Of a stretch of 64,000 nt of DNA, positions 28,561 to 43,083 are shown in pieces. The stretch's first letter is position 1, and the number at the start of each line of letters is the position of its first letter. The translations under genes and the position numbers were made by a program. The stretch lies in NCBI GenBank assembly GCA_964016885.1, contig OZ024740.1:70122001-70186000 (forward strand), given 5' to 3'. A model generated the notes under the pieces. It ran no database searches, was not told the DNA's origin, and was given only the letters and a program-made list of their open reading frames with translations. The DNA comes from Eledone cirrhosa. Its lineage: Eukaryota.

Positions 28561-29477
28561 GGAATCAAAGTTGTGATACCTAAGATCTATGGATTAGTTA
28601 AGACAGCTATTTATATGGATAAATATTCCTTCATTTCCTATTATATACACAGACATAAGCACACACACTCATATACATATGTGTGTGTGTGTATGTGTGT
28701 GTATGTGTGTGTGTGTGTGTGCATGTGTGCGTGTGTGTGTGTATGTGTGTGTGTGTGTAGCTATGTGTAATGGCTGAGTCCAGCAGCAGTACAATTTTAC
28801 AAATCATTTTATTTGTGTGATAAACTAGGAAACTAAGGGAAAGGTTAATTATTTACGATCTCATATATATATAGGTGTGAGTGTGTGGTGTGTGTGTGAG
28901 TGTGTGTGTGTATGCATATGTGTGTGGGTGAGTGTATATGTGCTTTGCTTTGCTATTGTGCATTTTCCCCCGAGAAGAGTTGGTTGTAGACTATGCAAGC
29001 GAGCACTGCCCACAGGCAGTGTACGCGGAGGAGAAAGACAAGTTCTATCTAACAAATGTACACTGTCCTAAGTGCGATATTGGTACATCCTTTTACGGAC
29101 CCCGTAAAAGGATGTACCAAAAAACAAAGCTAAATTTGGCGGTATTTGAGCACAGAACAGAAAGGGCCGTAAATCAATGCCGCAAAGCATGCTGTCCGAC
29201 ATGGTTCCGATACAGTCTATCTACTGCCTTCATCACCCACAGATAATTAAAAGAGAAATATCAAAAAGAGAAAATAGGATGAATAAAGAAAGTGGGGAGG
29301 ATAGAATAAAAGTTGAGTTAAACTGGGAAATCATAACAGCAAAACAACTATCTTTCGACGTTTCTCTAGTTCTTTTCGTTTTCTGTATTCGTGTTTCTAC
29401 ATTTTGTATCGTTTTATTAAATTCAGTCATTAGGTTGTGGTCATTCTGGAGTAACTGACATTGATCTCAATAATTAA

Positions 29478-29665
29478 TAGTTTCTACTTTTCGCACAATG
29501 CCAGCATAACCCAGTGCATTACTGGTGCTTTATTTTATCGACCTCGTAAGGATGAAAGGCAAAGTTAACCTCAGCGAGATTTGAACTCAGAACGAAAGGG
29601 CCATAACTCTATGCTGCAAAGAATGTCGTCTGAAGCTCTACCGATACTGCCAATGCACCGCCCTC
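29478..29665 (-). mobile_element. tRNA-derived SINE, family A
   Basis: Reverse-complement match to family A. Confidence 0.8.
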
Positions 29666-29776
29666 AATAATTAATGTTTTCAAATCTGGTACTTATTTTA
29701 TCGGTCTCATTTTGGTCGCTCAGCTAATGGTACTCGACAAATTTAAACACGTACACAAACACATAGACCCCACCCC

Positions 29777-29847
<71 letters not shown>

Positions 29848-29887
29848 TATATATAATACGTATATATGTATTTATATATAATACGTA

Positions 29888-29958
<71 letters not shown>

Positions 29959-30546
29959 TACTGGTATCTGCAGTTTCCGTCTACCAAATTTTATTTGCTA
30001 GGTATTTATTTGTCAAACTAAAGCTATAGTCGAAGACGCTTGCCCAATGTGCCACATTTCGGAACTGAACCCACAACCACGTGTTTGCGAGCGATGTCTT
30101 TAACAACACAATACCTGAGCTTTTCATATACATTATATATTTTTGAATTTAAAATTTCCCGATGCTCCGTAACTCACCCAAGTCTTGTATATATTTTATG
30201 TATTTGTTCTGCTCTATACTATTTATATATATAATACCTTATATTGTTATAATCTATATTGGTATTGGTTTTATTTTCACATCGTATATTCCCATTGTAA
30301 TTCGTTATAACCCTCGACAGCTGCGGTAGCACTACAGGACAAAAACGAGCGCTAGTGCAGATCACGGTGGTAGTAGCATATGTTTGGCCTAAACTTAATG
30401 ACCTATATTCCGCAGTCCTTTCGGCCGAATGTACGTGTGGTTAAAAAAGACAGTGTATGTAAATACGTACATCTCTGTACGTGTGTGTGTGTTGATGAAT
30501 GCAAGTATGTATGCATGAGTGGACCACGGTAAGTGCGAGGGACTAT

Positions 30547-30587
<41 letters not shown>

Positions 30588-31450
30588 TATGTGTGAATGG
30601 GGACGCACGTGTGAGAGTGCAGAAATCCCCTCAGTAGATATCAAATACATTCCCTGGCCTCTCCACTCATCTTTTCCTCCTCAGTTTTCTAATCATATCG
30701 CTCTTTCTTTTCTCCATTTTTTTTGCTGACTTTTTACCCCCCCCCCCCCATTTCTCTGTTCTTAGTGCCCACATCACTAAATATGTGTGATTATATCAGC
30801 GTGTCTATGTCTGTATGAGTGACAACGTTCTGCTACAGTTGTGTTCCATCTGTTTTTAGGCCTTTCCTCCCACTACAGATGTTTTTTCTATGCTCCTCCA
30901 CCAACTCTTCTCGGATCCCGGCCGTTCGGCTTTTCCCGATTGTCGGGCGTTATGAGAATCGCCATTTATATATATACACAGTAAATATATGTGTTTGAGG
31001 AGCCGGCGATACCCCGAAGAAACTTCTAAGTAACAAGCTACTCCATCAGCCTTCTTTAACTAATAAAGTCGGCAATAGCATTGATTACTCATTCTCACGT
31101 TTACTAATAATGTAAATACTATGAGCGACTGGGTATAAATATTATGAATGAATGGGTATAAATAGTATGAGCGAATATGTGTGCGAGTGTGTATGTGTGA
31201 TCGCGTGTGTATGTGTGTGTGTGCATTCCTGTAGCGGCTGCTGTCCAATTTTGTTCCGTCTATAGGGGTATTTTACTCGATTTTCTAAGCAATCAATTAT
31301 AACAATCTGCTTTGTTCCCAGTTATTTTCTGCCTTCAAGATTTTTTACGTGTACTAAGAATCTCTCCTACCTATCTTTCTTCTCCCAACCCGCTTTTCCA
31401 AACCTTCACACACTACTCATACATCTATCTGTTCTGTCCTTGTCCGGACT

Positions 31451-31484
31451 TTCCTGATGAAGGACTTCTGTCCGAAACGTTGAA
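31451..31484 (+). ncRNA. Minimal type I hammerhead ribozyme at a PLE-type 3-prime end
   Basis: ttc-CTGATGA-a-ggac ttct gtcc-GAAA-cg-TT-gaa; same layout as the Neptune HHR at 56439; ~90 nt upstream of (TA)n. Confidence 0.75.
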
Positions 31485-31586
31485 CCCACCTCCACTTGCT
31501 CCAAGCGTGAACCTAATATAACTGTGTATTTTTGCATTCCCTGTATTTGCTTTGTTTGGTTTCATTTATTAACTATATATATATAT

Positions 31587-31682
31587 ATAAGAAAATGTTC
31601 AAGACCCCGACGGTTATTTCTGGACGTCCAGAAATAGCCGTCGAAACGGCTTGAGCTCTGCTGTCGGGGTCTTGATCATTTT

Positions 31683-31687
<5 letters not shown>
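31587..31687. mobile_element. Hairpin element (9746 family) in (TA)n
   Basis: GAAAATGTTCAAGACCCCGAC..GTCGGGGTCTTGATCATTTTC, with an inner palindrome CGACGGTTATTTCTGGACGTCCAGAAATAGCCGTCG. Confidence 0.65.
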
Positions 31688-31731
<44 letters not shown>

Positions 31732-31872
31732 GTCAATACTCATCTTTTTCCATTTCTCCGAGGATTCTTAACCCTACTATCAGGCTAAATAATTTCTTTA
31801 ATTTCTTTAGTCAAAATACGGCGATAGCTTACATTTCTAATAATTTCAAACCCACTCGCTGTTTCGAAAATA

Positions 31873-32243
<371 letters not shown>

Positions 32244-32627
32244 TCTCTCTCTCTATATATATATATATATCAAACAATAATATTTAAAAGCGGAATAGTG
32301 AATAGATGTTTCGCGATTAATTGGTTGTCCATAAGAAGACGAGTGGTCTTGTTGTTACATCTATGAAAATGCTATACTGAAACGCTATTATTATCAAACC
32401 TAAACCAGGATTTAACTGAAATGGTCCGTCCAATTTTTATAAGCATTTTTTGTGACACAATTAATTGAATGATAAATATCTATGCACACCACGCTGTATA
32501 TTACAAAATTAAAATAAATCTAATGCAGTTATCAATACAGTCTAGCAGCCTCGCAATGAAAGAGTAAAATATATAACAAAAATCATTGCATTATTTTTTT
32601 GCACATTTTTTTGCACATTTTTTTGCA

Positions 32628-32817
32628 GGGCGGTGGATTGGCAGTATCGGTAGAGGGTCGGACGCCATGCTTTCCAGCATAGTTACGTCCCTTTACGATC
32701 TGAGTTCAAATCCCGCCGAGGTTGACTTTGCCTTTCATCCTTACGGGGTCGATAAAATAAAGTACCAGTAATGCACTGGGTAATTGCTGGCCTTGTGCCT
32801 AAAGTAGAAACAATTAT
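32628..32817 (+). mobile_element. tRNA-derived SINE, family A (full-length)
   Basis: A-box-like TGGCAGTATCGG, B box GAGTTCAAATCC, conserved central block, 3-prime end GTAGAAACAATTA; ten or more intact or decayed copies in the window. Confidence 0.85.
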
Positions 32818-33300
32818 TTTTTTGCACGTAGAAATATGGTGAAAATTCCGTTGTAAAAAACATTTTTGAACCTGTAGATATTACTATTTAAAATGTGCCT
32901 CGCTTTTTTTATATATATATTGTTTTATTCATAAATAGTTGTTTAATCAACTACCCAGGAAGGCATGAAGGAATGGCGGTGAGGATATATAGGTGAATGT
33001 AAGACAGAGACGTGATCAACTTCGATTGGACGACCTGGATGACGGGGTATTTTGTAAGATCCGAATCACCGAGTGACTCCAGGATACAAAACTGATGATA
33101 TTTTGCATGTGTGAAGAACTTGAACTATTATGCATAATTATTTAAATAATTAGACAGGAGGGAATTTAGTCACTTTTATATTTGTGTAACCCCCACCTAT
33201 ATGCTGGCTTTACTTGATGACTAACATATAAATAAGTAGCATACAAAAATTATTTTTACACAGACACACGCACATACATATGTATGTATATATTAGGATT

Positions 33301-33428
<128 letters not shown>

Positions 33429-34831
33429 AATATTTATATATATATATATAATCGAACACAAAATATATATATGTATATATTCAAAAAGAATATTCTGAAT
33501 GGATTTGTTATTTCCATAAATGTGAAATTTTGCTAATCATAATCGACTTTGTATCAATAATTAGACGTTTATTTATATTCAATTCCTATAGTATATTTTA
33601 TCGCAATTCTCACCAACTGTTTTCCTAGCATGAATGACCACATTATCAGGCAAAGACCAATGCAATGGATATCTGAAAGTCTAATGCTGCAAAAAAAAAT
33701 CATCGCTCATTATCCCAAAACCTACACCCGCTGATGTAAAAATAATGTTAAATTTATCTCTCTCATAACGACGAAGCCGAACTCTGTTATTTTATATTTA
33801 TCAGATTGTTTGTACCAATTTCTCTCAGCTAGATAAAGAAGAGTGAATATCGTTAGTTTGCATAAGACCGTACACTGTAAGATGAGAATATTGATGTTTC
33901 GAGGCAGACATGTCAGGGAATTTTTTTGTTTTGTTTTGTTTAACTTTTTGCAATGGACATTGAATGTTTACTGTATATTCATTATCTGAAGAGGCGTAAT
34001 TTTAAGTGCCTTGACCATGTGTCTTTATATAGTACAGTTCCTTTGATAGGGTTAGAAACAGATGACATTTCGGCTGGTAGTTCTCCAACACCTTATCCAA
34101 TCAACCAGCGGGGAATCTCAGTATTTACGAGTCTATTATTTTTATTATATTTCACAACACACGATGACAATAAGCATTGTGACGGTGGCTAATATCATTC
34201 TCTCATTCTATCTCTCACGTTCTCAGCAGGGCAGATGATAGGGGGAGATCAAGCTTGCATTGCTGATTTAATTAAGGCTTCATGACTAATAGTCTTAGTC
34301 AGTTGTTGTCGAGTAAAGGTCAATAGTTCCGGCGTCCGTAGGAACTGCTGCCAGCTGGAGATGTTGTGTGAGTTAGTTATCATGTCAAGATTGATAGCTA
34401 CAGAACCTGTTTCACTACCTTGGTGTCGAAAGCTGTAGAGCTTCTTGTAGAGGTTCAAATAACAAATGATATAGATTTAGGTAGTATATATAGATGAGAG
34501 ATACATAAACAAATAGATAGTGTTCAGCGTGTTCAATTCACAATCTTAAGGCCATGAGTTCGATTCATGGTGGTGTGGTGTGGTGTGTCCTAACGCAAGA
34601 TATTTTATTTCACGCTGTTCCACTCAAGTAGCAAAAATGAATTGGAACTGTAATTCAAAAAATCAGACTTATGACGCACTGGCTCAGGGTAAATCTGCGT
34701 GTCACTGAGCTAAGGGTGCGCATATCTGTGCAACTTGCACATTAACTTCACAAGTACGTTCTTCCGTTGTTCAGGCAACTGGAAAAATCGTCGTCGGAAA
34801 CGTTGGAAGTCCAACAACAACAATGTGTATT

Positions 34832-34872
<41 letters not shown>

Positions 34873-34930
34873 GTGTGTAGTGGGGGCGTTTATTCATACA
34901 CACACAACAATGCACACACAAAAAACATAC

Positions 34931-35834
<904 letters not shown>

Positions 35835-35923
35835 ACATACATATATATGTACATATACATATACATAATTGAAAAAACGAGGAAATTTCGTTTACATATA
35901 AAAAAAATTTATTGTGTATCGAT

Positions 35924-35997
35924 CTGTTACACGCGTTTCGCAGAGGATTGGCTCAAGTTATGGACCCGACTCCACTATCCGTCTATTCCTGAGACAG
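35924..35997 (-). ncRNA. Degenerate hammerhead-like motif (G5 changed to C)
   Basis: Minus strand: ctgt-CTCAGGA-..-GAAA-cgcgtg-TA-acag, followed by AATAAA and (TA)n. Confidence 0.4.
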
Positions 35998-38154
35998 GCG
36001 ATGTGGGAGAGAAAGATAAATTTAAGAAAATTAACCAAGAGAAGACAATACAACGAACGGAAACAAAATAAAGCGAAAAACAATTGTTTAAGGGGTAACT
36101 TTAAAAAATGATTTTAAAAAAATAAAAATTCAAATGAAATACACTGAAACCCAGGGTCATCAGCCATTGAGATGGAGTTTGTCAGTTTCGACCCCAACCA
36201 ACGGTACTGCTGGTACACCCGAGTTCACAGTGTTTTACACAAGTCAAAATGCTGTCCAGTGGAATAAGTGAGGGGAGATAATACATTGATTTATAGCGGT
36301 TAAGCTATAACAAGTACACATAGAATTTTATGTGACGTCAGGGAAATATGTGTGACACTTTTTGTAGCAATATCTGTTTTTATTCTAGACATATTAAATA
36401 TGCAACCCAAGTGGTGCCCTTAGACTAATCAACAGAAGCATATTCACATCAACATTCCCAAAATGACCCCACCTGATTTCATGCAAATGTTTTCGTAGAG
36501 AACGGAAATCCTCAACACACAAAAACACCACTGCTGTAGAGAAATAGGAAACCTTGCATTATACGATTCTGATTAAATTTGGGAAGAAGACGTCAAAAAC
36601 GCATGACAGGCTTGAAGCCATACCACGTGACATGGATCTGTTGTCAAAGTCAATCGCACGGCCCTAGCTAAGAATAAGCGAATAACCAGCGGAGAGGGCG
36701 TGCATTTTTGGAAGATAATTGTTAAACAATATTTCATAATTAGCTTTTAATAATCAGATTTTCTTATTCATGTAAAACTCTTTTCTCACTGATATTAGAG
36801 ATAGTTCTATATATTACGTTCACTCTGTCAACGACTGCTACTAGTAATCAGCAGATTTGGGTAAACTTCAAAGAGTTCCAATACGACATAAAATGCCATT
36901 AATTCCTTTTATCCACTTTAAATATGACAAGCAGCACGAAGGAATAATTTAACTCGTGAAAAACAAAAAAAAATTCGTTTTACTGAAACAATCATTCTTC
37001 AACTTGACAAAGTTTAGCGACACTTAACTAGGAAACACGTACAAATGACTTGTCGGTTTATAAGTCATAACTGTAATTACAATGTTGAAGCAATCCAGAA
37101 ATTTCGTAAGCTTGTCACAAAAAGAAATTCTGTAAATTATTTCTTTACACTGTTTTACAATTAATTCCATATCATTAGTTTAAAGACGACCAAATCAGAA
37201 ATTAAATCAGAAATTAACTATGAAAATCGTATTCGAGGCTACTGAAGAGGACACGTACCCAAATTACAACTAGTTAAGATTGAAGTCGGAATTACATGAT
37301 TGCGAAGTGAACTTCTGAACCCTGTTGTCATTTTTTCCAAATGATAGCCTGGAAAAAGGCCCTTATCATTAATACAGCGAAGACATGAGTCGTAACAAGA
37401 AACATCTTCTAATGTCTTTTTTGTGACGAGAAAGGGTGATATGATGGGGATTGGGCTGATGTTTCAAATTTATAAAGTAACCACTTAGTGAGACACATTT
37501 GTTAGCTTATTAAATGGTACGGTATGATTTGAACAAGATTTGTCTACAATTTCTAGCAGGTCAGACACTTAAATCGAGGCTGTTGCCCCGATAGATCAAT
37601 GTTAACGTATATATAAAATAGTAACAACCATTAAAGAAAAGGCTATAAGCACTAAAGATTTCAGAAGAAACTCAAATTGGAGTGCTGTAACATTCATGAT
37701 TTCTAGAGTTAACACATTGCGTGAGTAAACGTGAAATAGTTATAATTGTTAACCATCTAATACCAACGACCCTAAGCCTGCCTCTAGTTCTATGAAACAA
37801 TACCACCCATTTCAAATTAAAATCGTCCAAAGTAATTTTCTCGGAGACTCTTTTGTTATTATAAAATACCTTCTTGAAATAATTTTAATAAATTACTCCA
37901 AATTCACCATAAATTAAATGAAATAAAAATACAGTGTATGTCATTCAAAATATGGTTAGGAACTATATCATTTTTCTATAAAGCCTATAATTTGGCTTTT
38001 GAAACCACACTGAAGTATTAGGATCAGTTGCTGAATAGATTAAATTTTTGTAGATAGTAAAACTAATATTTGCGCTCTAGCCAAACTAGTTGTTAAAATC
38101 CTTACATAATTATTTATATGTATTCAAGTATATATATATAGAGAGAGAGAGAGA

Positions 38155-38441
38155 GAAAAAAAGATGAAATCGAAAATGCAACTGCAGTCTTATTTTTAAA
38201 AAAATATATATATTTATTTGGTTCCTTTACCGGTTTCGCAGTTCTTCTGCTTTTCAAAAGTAGAGTTGAGATGGAGGGTCTGTGGTTTTTCTCACATCTC
38301 TGCGAAACCGGTAAAGGAACCAAATAAATATATATATTTTTTTTTAAATAAGACTCCAGTTGCATTTTCGATTTCATCTTTTTTTCTTTATACTTTCACT
38401 CGGTTATATTTCATTATGTAAAAAAAAACCAAAAAAACCTC

Positions 38442-38450
<9 letters not shown>
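38155..38450 (+). mobile_element. Second insertion of the 15371 family (asymmetric inverted arms + tail)
   Basis: Left arm 38155-38300 matches 15373-15521; the right arm is 5-prime-truncated within the HHR (starts ctgcgaaaccgg); same tail. Confidence 0.85.
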
Positions 38451-38497
<47 letters not shown>

Positions 38498-38714
38498 GTT
38501 AAAGATGTACATCCATATATGTATACAGAAATACTAGTATGTATATGAATACACACACGTATACATATGTAGATGTACCAAGTTTTTTTCACTGGTCACT
38601 TTACTGTGAGTGGCCAGCTATTCTGTATGTAAACACACAGACAAACCGGTTTTTAGAGTCATACTGGTTTTTGAGGAAACACCTTTCCTCTATTCTCCAG
38701 AAAGCCAGACAAGG

Positions 38715-38759
38715 AATATTGAACTAGTTTCGTTGTTGTTACAACTCATCAGCAATATT
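38715..38759 (-). ncRNA. Type I hammerhead ribozyme (468-bp unit)
   Basis: Reverse complement of 39400-39444. Confidence 0.88.
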
Positions 38760-39182
38760 TACCTATCTTCCGGCCTCTCTAGAGAATCGTAAAAGCACAT
38801 ATCGTTATATGCTTTTTCTATGAAAATTAGTAGTGGGCAGACTAATTTGCATAGAGTGTGAGTAAGTACCGGTTCAACGGAGACGATAAAAACAAATAAC
38901 GAAACGAAATTAAATTTCGTTTCGTTTGTAACTCACTTTTGTATGACTGACGCTTAAACAATTAAGTTAAAGATGTACATCCATATATGTATACTGAAAT
39001 ACTAGTATGTATATGAATACACACACGTATACATATGTAGATGTACCAAGTTTTTTTCACTGGTCACTTTACTGTGAGTGGCCAGCTATTCTGTATGTAA
39101 ACACACAGACAAACCGGTTTTTAGAGTCATACTGGTTTTTGAGGAAACACCTTTCCTCTATTCTCCAGAAAGCCAGACAAGG

Positions 39183-39227
39183 AATATTGAACTAGTTTCG
39201 TTGTTGTTACAACTCATCAGCAATATT
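39183..39227 (-). ncRNA. Type I hammerhead ribozyme (468-bp unit)
   Basis: Reverse complement of 39400-39444. Confidence 0.88.
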
Positions 39228-39399
39228 TACCTATCTTCCGGCCTCTCTAGAGAATCGTAAAAGCACATATCGTTATATGCTTTTTCTATGAAAAAGCATA
39301 TAACGATATGTGCTTTTTCATAGAAATGTGCTTTTTCATAGAAAAAGCATATAACGATATGTGCTTTTACGATTCTCTAGAGAGGCCGGAAGATAGGTA

Positions 39400-39444
39400 A
39401 ATATTGCTGATGAGTTGTAACAACAACGAAACTAGTTCAATATT
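39400..39444 (+). ncRNA. Type I hammerhead ribozyme (468-bp unit)
   Basis: aatattg-CTGATGA-gttgt aaca acaac-GAAA-ctag-TT-caatatt: 7-bp stem I, 5-bp stem II, palindromic stem III, GUU site (cleavage after 39437). Confidence 0.9.
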
Positions 39445-39867
39445 CCTTGTCTGGCTTTCTGGAGAATAGAGGAAAGGTGTTTCCTCAAAAACCAGTATGA
39501 CTCTAAAAACCGGTTTGTCTGTGTGTTTACATACAGAATAGCTGGCCACTCACAGTAAAGTGACCAGTGAAAAAAACTTGGTACATCTACATATGTATAC
39601 GTGTGTGTATTCATATACATACTAGTATTTCAGTATACATATATGGATGTACATCTTTAACTTAATTGTTTAAGCGTCAGTCATACAAAAGTGAGTTACA
39701 AACGAAACGAAATTTAATTTCGTTTCGTTATTTGTTTTTATCGTCTCCGTTGAACCGGTACTTACTCACACTCTATGCAAATTAGTCTGCCCACTACTAA
39801 TTTTCATAGAAAAAGCATATAACAATATGTGCTTTTACGATTCTCTAGAGAGGCCGGAAGATAGGTA

Positions 39868-39912
39868 AATATTGCTGATGAATTGTAACAACAACGAAAC
39901 TAGTTCAATATT
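39868..39912 (+). ncRNA. Type I hammerhead ribozyme (468-bp unit), G10.1 changed to A
   Basis: Same as 39400-39444 except A at 39882, which breaks the first stem II pair. Confidence 0.75.
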
Positions 39913-40335
39913 CCTTGTCTGGCTTTCTGGAGAATAGAGGAAAGGTGTTTCCTCAAAAACCAGTATGACTCTAAAAACCGGTTTGTCTGTGTGTTTACAT
40001 ACAGAATAGCTGGCCACTCACAGTAAAGTGACCAGTGAAAAAAACTTGGTACATCTACATATGTATACGTGTGTGTATTCATATACATACTAGTATTTCA
40101 GTATACATATATGGATGTACATCTTTAACTTAATTGTTTAAGCGTCAGTCATACAAAAGTGAGTTACAAACGAAACAAAATTTAATTTCGTTTCGTTATT
40201 TGTTTTTATCGTCTCCGTTGAACCGGTACTTACTCACACTCTATGCAAATTAGTCTGCCCACTACTAATTTTCATAGAAAAAGCATATAACGATATGTGC
40301 TTTTACGATTCTCTAGAGAGGCCGGAAGATAGGTA

Positions 40336-40380
40336 AATATTGCTGATGAGTTGTAACAACAACGAAACTAGTTCAATATT
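40336..40380 (+). ncRNA. Type I hammerhead ribozyme (468-bp unit)
   Basis: Identical to 39400-39444. Confidence 0.88.
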
Positions 40381-40668
40381 CCTTGTCTGGCTTTCTGGAG
40401 AATAGAGGAAAGGTGTTTCCTCAAAAACCAGTATGACTCTAAAAACCGGTTTGTCTGTGTGTTTACATACAGAATAGCTGGCCACTCACAGTAAAGTGAC
40501 CAGTGAAAAAAACTTGGTACATCTACATATGTATACGTGTGTGTATTCATATACATACTAGTATTTCAGTATACATATATGGATGTACATCTTTAACTTA
40601 ATTGTTTAAGCGTCAGTCATACAAAAGTGAGTTACAAACGAAACGAAATTTAATTTCGTTTCGCTATT

Positions 40669-40719
<51 letters not shown>

Positions 40720-40766
40720 ATATTATATAATATATAAGATCAAAAGATGGTTAAAAGAGTTCCATG

Positions 40767-40837
40767 TATTTTATTATGCGCATTTCAAAAACAAATATCA
40801 TCATGCAATAACATTTGTGTTTTCATCAGATAAAATA
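40767..40837 (-). ncRNA. Type I hammerhead ribozyme
   Basis: Minus strand: tattttat-CTGATGA-aaacacaaatgttatt gcat gatgatatttgttttt-GAAA-tgcgca-TA-ataaaata; stem II differs from 21289 mainly by G-U-compatible changes. Confidence 0.8.
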
Positions 40838-41816
40838 GGAAGACATGATATGAAGGTTAAAAAACACTTGTGGATAGTGCAGTTTTAAATCAACATATGA
40901 AAAGTAGTTTTAGATTGATGTGTGATATTGGGGAAAAAAAGTTTTTGAGGGGAAGAGGTTGGAAAGGATGAAAAAGAGGAGGAGATGAGAGTAAAAAGTG
41001 GAGGGGGATGAGTAAAATGAGGAAGGATGAGATAGGAGGAGAGATGGGTGATAATGAGAGAGAGAGATAGCTTTTATAACTGAGAAAAATATATTGTTTT
41101 ACATAGAGAGGTTGAAAAACCGTTGGAAGATAATGTATAAATTAAAAGAATTTGAAAATTAACGAAGAGAAAAATAATGTAAAGTTAAGGTTTGTATATT
41201 GAAGGGTTTAATAATATGTGCGATGAAAAGAAAGTGTTAATATGTATTAAGAATAATATTTAAGGGTTTAATAATATGTACGATGGAAAGAAAATGTTAA
41301 TATGTATTAAGAATAATATTTAAGGGTTTAATAATATGTGCGATGGAAAGAAAATGTTGAAACGTATTATTAAAAATAGCAAAGGTAATGTAAGTAAGGA
41401 TATATTGTGAAAAAAGTAGAAGATAGGATGAAACATGAAAGTGAGTAAAAAATAATGAATTGAGGATGAATAATCTAACGTCAAAAAATGTTTATGTTTA
41501 CGAAGGATTTTTTCAAGGTGATATAAAGTAAGAATATATTGTATTGTGTAATAATTGTTTCTATGTTAGGCACAGTGAGAAAAGGTACAGATTAGGGGTT
41601 AGAAATTAAAAGAAAAAGAAAAGAAAAGGAAAAGGAAGAAAGGGAAGTGATATATAGGAGTGATATAGAATGAGTAACAAGTATTATATAATGTATAATA
41701 AATAACTTTGAAATAAGGTAGAAAGATGGGTATATTTTTAAAGAAGTATATATATATATATATATATATATATGTGCCTTTGAGAAAAGGATTCTAAATT
41801 GATAAAGTTTTGGATA

Positions 41817-43000
41817 TTAGCTGTATACTTTATGGAATGTTCTGTGGAATTTATGCAAGCAGAGAGAAAACAAGTCAGTGCGTCTATTTATTATAGAATC
41901 TAAATTAGATATAATGGTAAATTTTTCATTTACACAGAGATTGCAAGTCTTGGATAGAGAACTGTTCAAGTGAATACGCAGAAGAAACCTTTTTCCAAGA
42001 GATGTTATATTTAATATTTTTGTCTTTCAAGGACCATATGAGTTCTGAGAGAGCCGTGTTGGTTCTTTTAAGTTGGTATTTAAAAGACGAATGATGATTA
42101 TAAAGACGAGCTTTAAAGGAGGTGGAAGTGGAGCCAAAATAGGTGAAGGAATTGGTGTCAGTTATAACTTTACATTCGTAGATTAAGTTTTTATCAAGAC
42201 AATGGTTGTTGAGAGGACATTTATTTTTAGCAGGGCAATTGCAATTGCGATTAGAGAGATTATTAACGAGTGACCTAGTGTTATCTATAGAAGGAATTGG
42301 ATTGGAGAAGTTATTTGCGATAGGAATAATAGTTTCTTCATTTAGAATGGGATTAAGAACATTTAGCGAAGTTGTGTTTGACGTTGTATTTGGGTTTGCA
42401 GAAATTAGCCTAGAGTTTACAATGACCTCGGGAGTACTATTATTATTATTATGATATTCAGTGTTGGAAGGAAGAGATTTAGTATTTAGTATTTTATTGT
42501 TGTGTTTAGAGATAATGTTGGGAATGTTGGAGGATGTCGAATAGGAAAATTTTATAGTGTGTTTGTTAAATATTTTACTATAGATATGTGAGGGAGGGAA
42601 GCATTTATTTAAGGCACTAAAGAATAATTTAGGAATATTGTTATTAATAGAGATGGAGAAAGGAGCATTATACCAGATTATGTTTTTGTATCTAGGTCTT
42701 TTATTAAAGTTATTGGAATGATCATGATTAATTATTCTACTGTAAGATCTTCTAGAATTTGTTTCTTTACTATATTTGATTTTATCGGGATAGCCGGCTT
42801 TAGAAAGCGCGTTATTATAGTAATTGGCGTTAGCATCAAAGATGTTTTTATTAGAAGATAGGTTAGATATTCTTTTTCCAATATTACTAACTATAGCATT
42901 CTTAATATTAGTAGGGTGGTTAGATTTAAAATTAACATAATTTAGGTTCTCATTGTTTTTATGGTAAGGGTAATATAGGCCAGTGTCAAGATTAAGAGAA
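41817..43000 (-). pseudogene. PLE ORF fragment (RT thumb, linker, GIY-YIG) with one frameshift near the C-terminus
   Basis: YYPYHK..YVNFKSNHP, IIWYNAPFS, CNCPAKNKCPLNNHCL, LIYEC..TYFGST..FKARLYNH; after a frameshift at ~41965 it continues [25 protein letters not shown] (stop 41817-41819). Confidence 0.85.
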
Positions 43001-43083
43001 CTGAGCATTATGTACACTGGAGTGGGCAAACTTTGTATTGAGCAATCAACCAGTATATATATATGTGTGTGTGTGTGTGTGTA

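Larger units (their letters stand above)
38492..40674. repeat. 468-bp HHR-containing unit in an inverted tandem array (about 1.7 copies minus-sense + 2.9 copies plus-sense); retrozyme-like
   Basis: Period 468 (38492/38960; 39400/39868/40336). Orientation switches at ~39290-39345; both outer ends abut (TA)n; copies nearly identical. Confidence 0.92.
40738..43053 (-). mobile_element. 5-prime-truncated Nematis-type PLE with ~1.1-kb 3-prime UTR
   Basis: RT thumb to GIY-YIG coding region 43000-41817, AT-rich UTR with internal ~60-bp tandem repeats, HHR at 40767-40837, then (TA)n; ~50 nt of unrelated sequence at 43001-43053. Confidence 0.88.

Noticed and set aside
34249-34458. 69-aa minus-strand ORF in non-repetitive sequence as a possible host exon
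   Set aside because: No recognisable domain or clear splice sites; needs RNA-seq or homology evidence.
37241-37270. CTGAAGAG motif
   Set aside because: No stem II/GAAA partner downstream.
38539-40556. Repeated 60-62 aa ORFs in the 468-bp unit
   Set aside because: Short, overlapping, no recognisable motif and antisense to the hammerhead; repeated only because the DNA unit is repeated.
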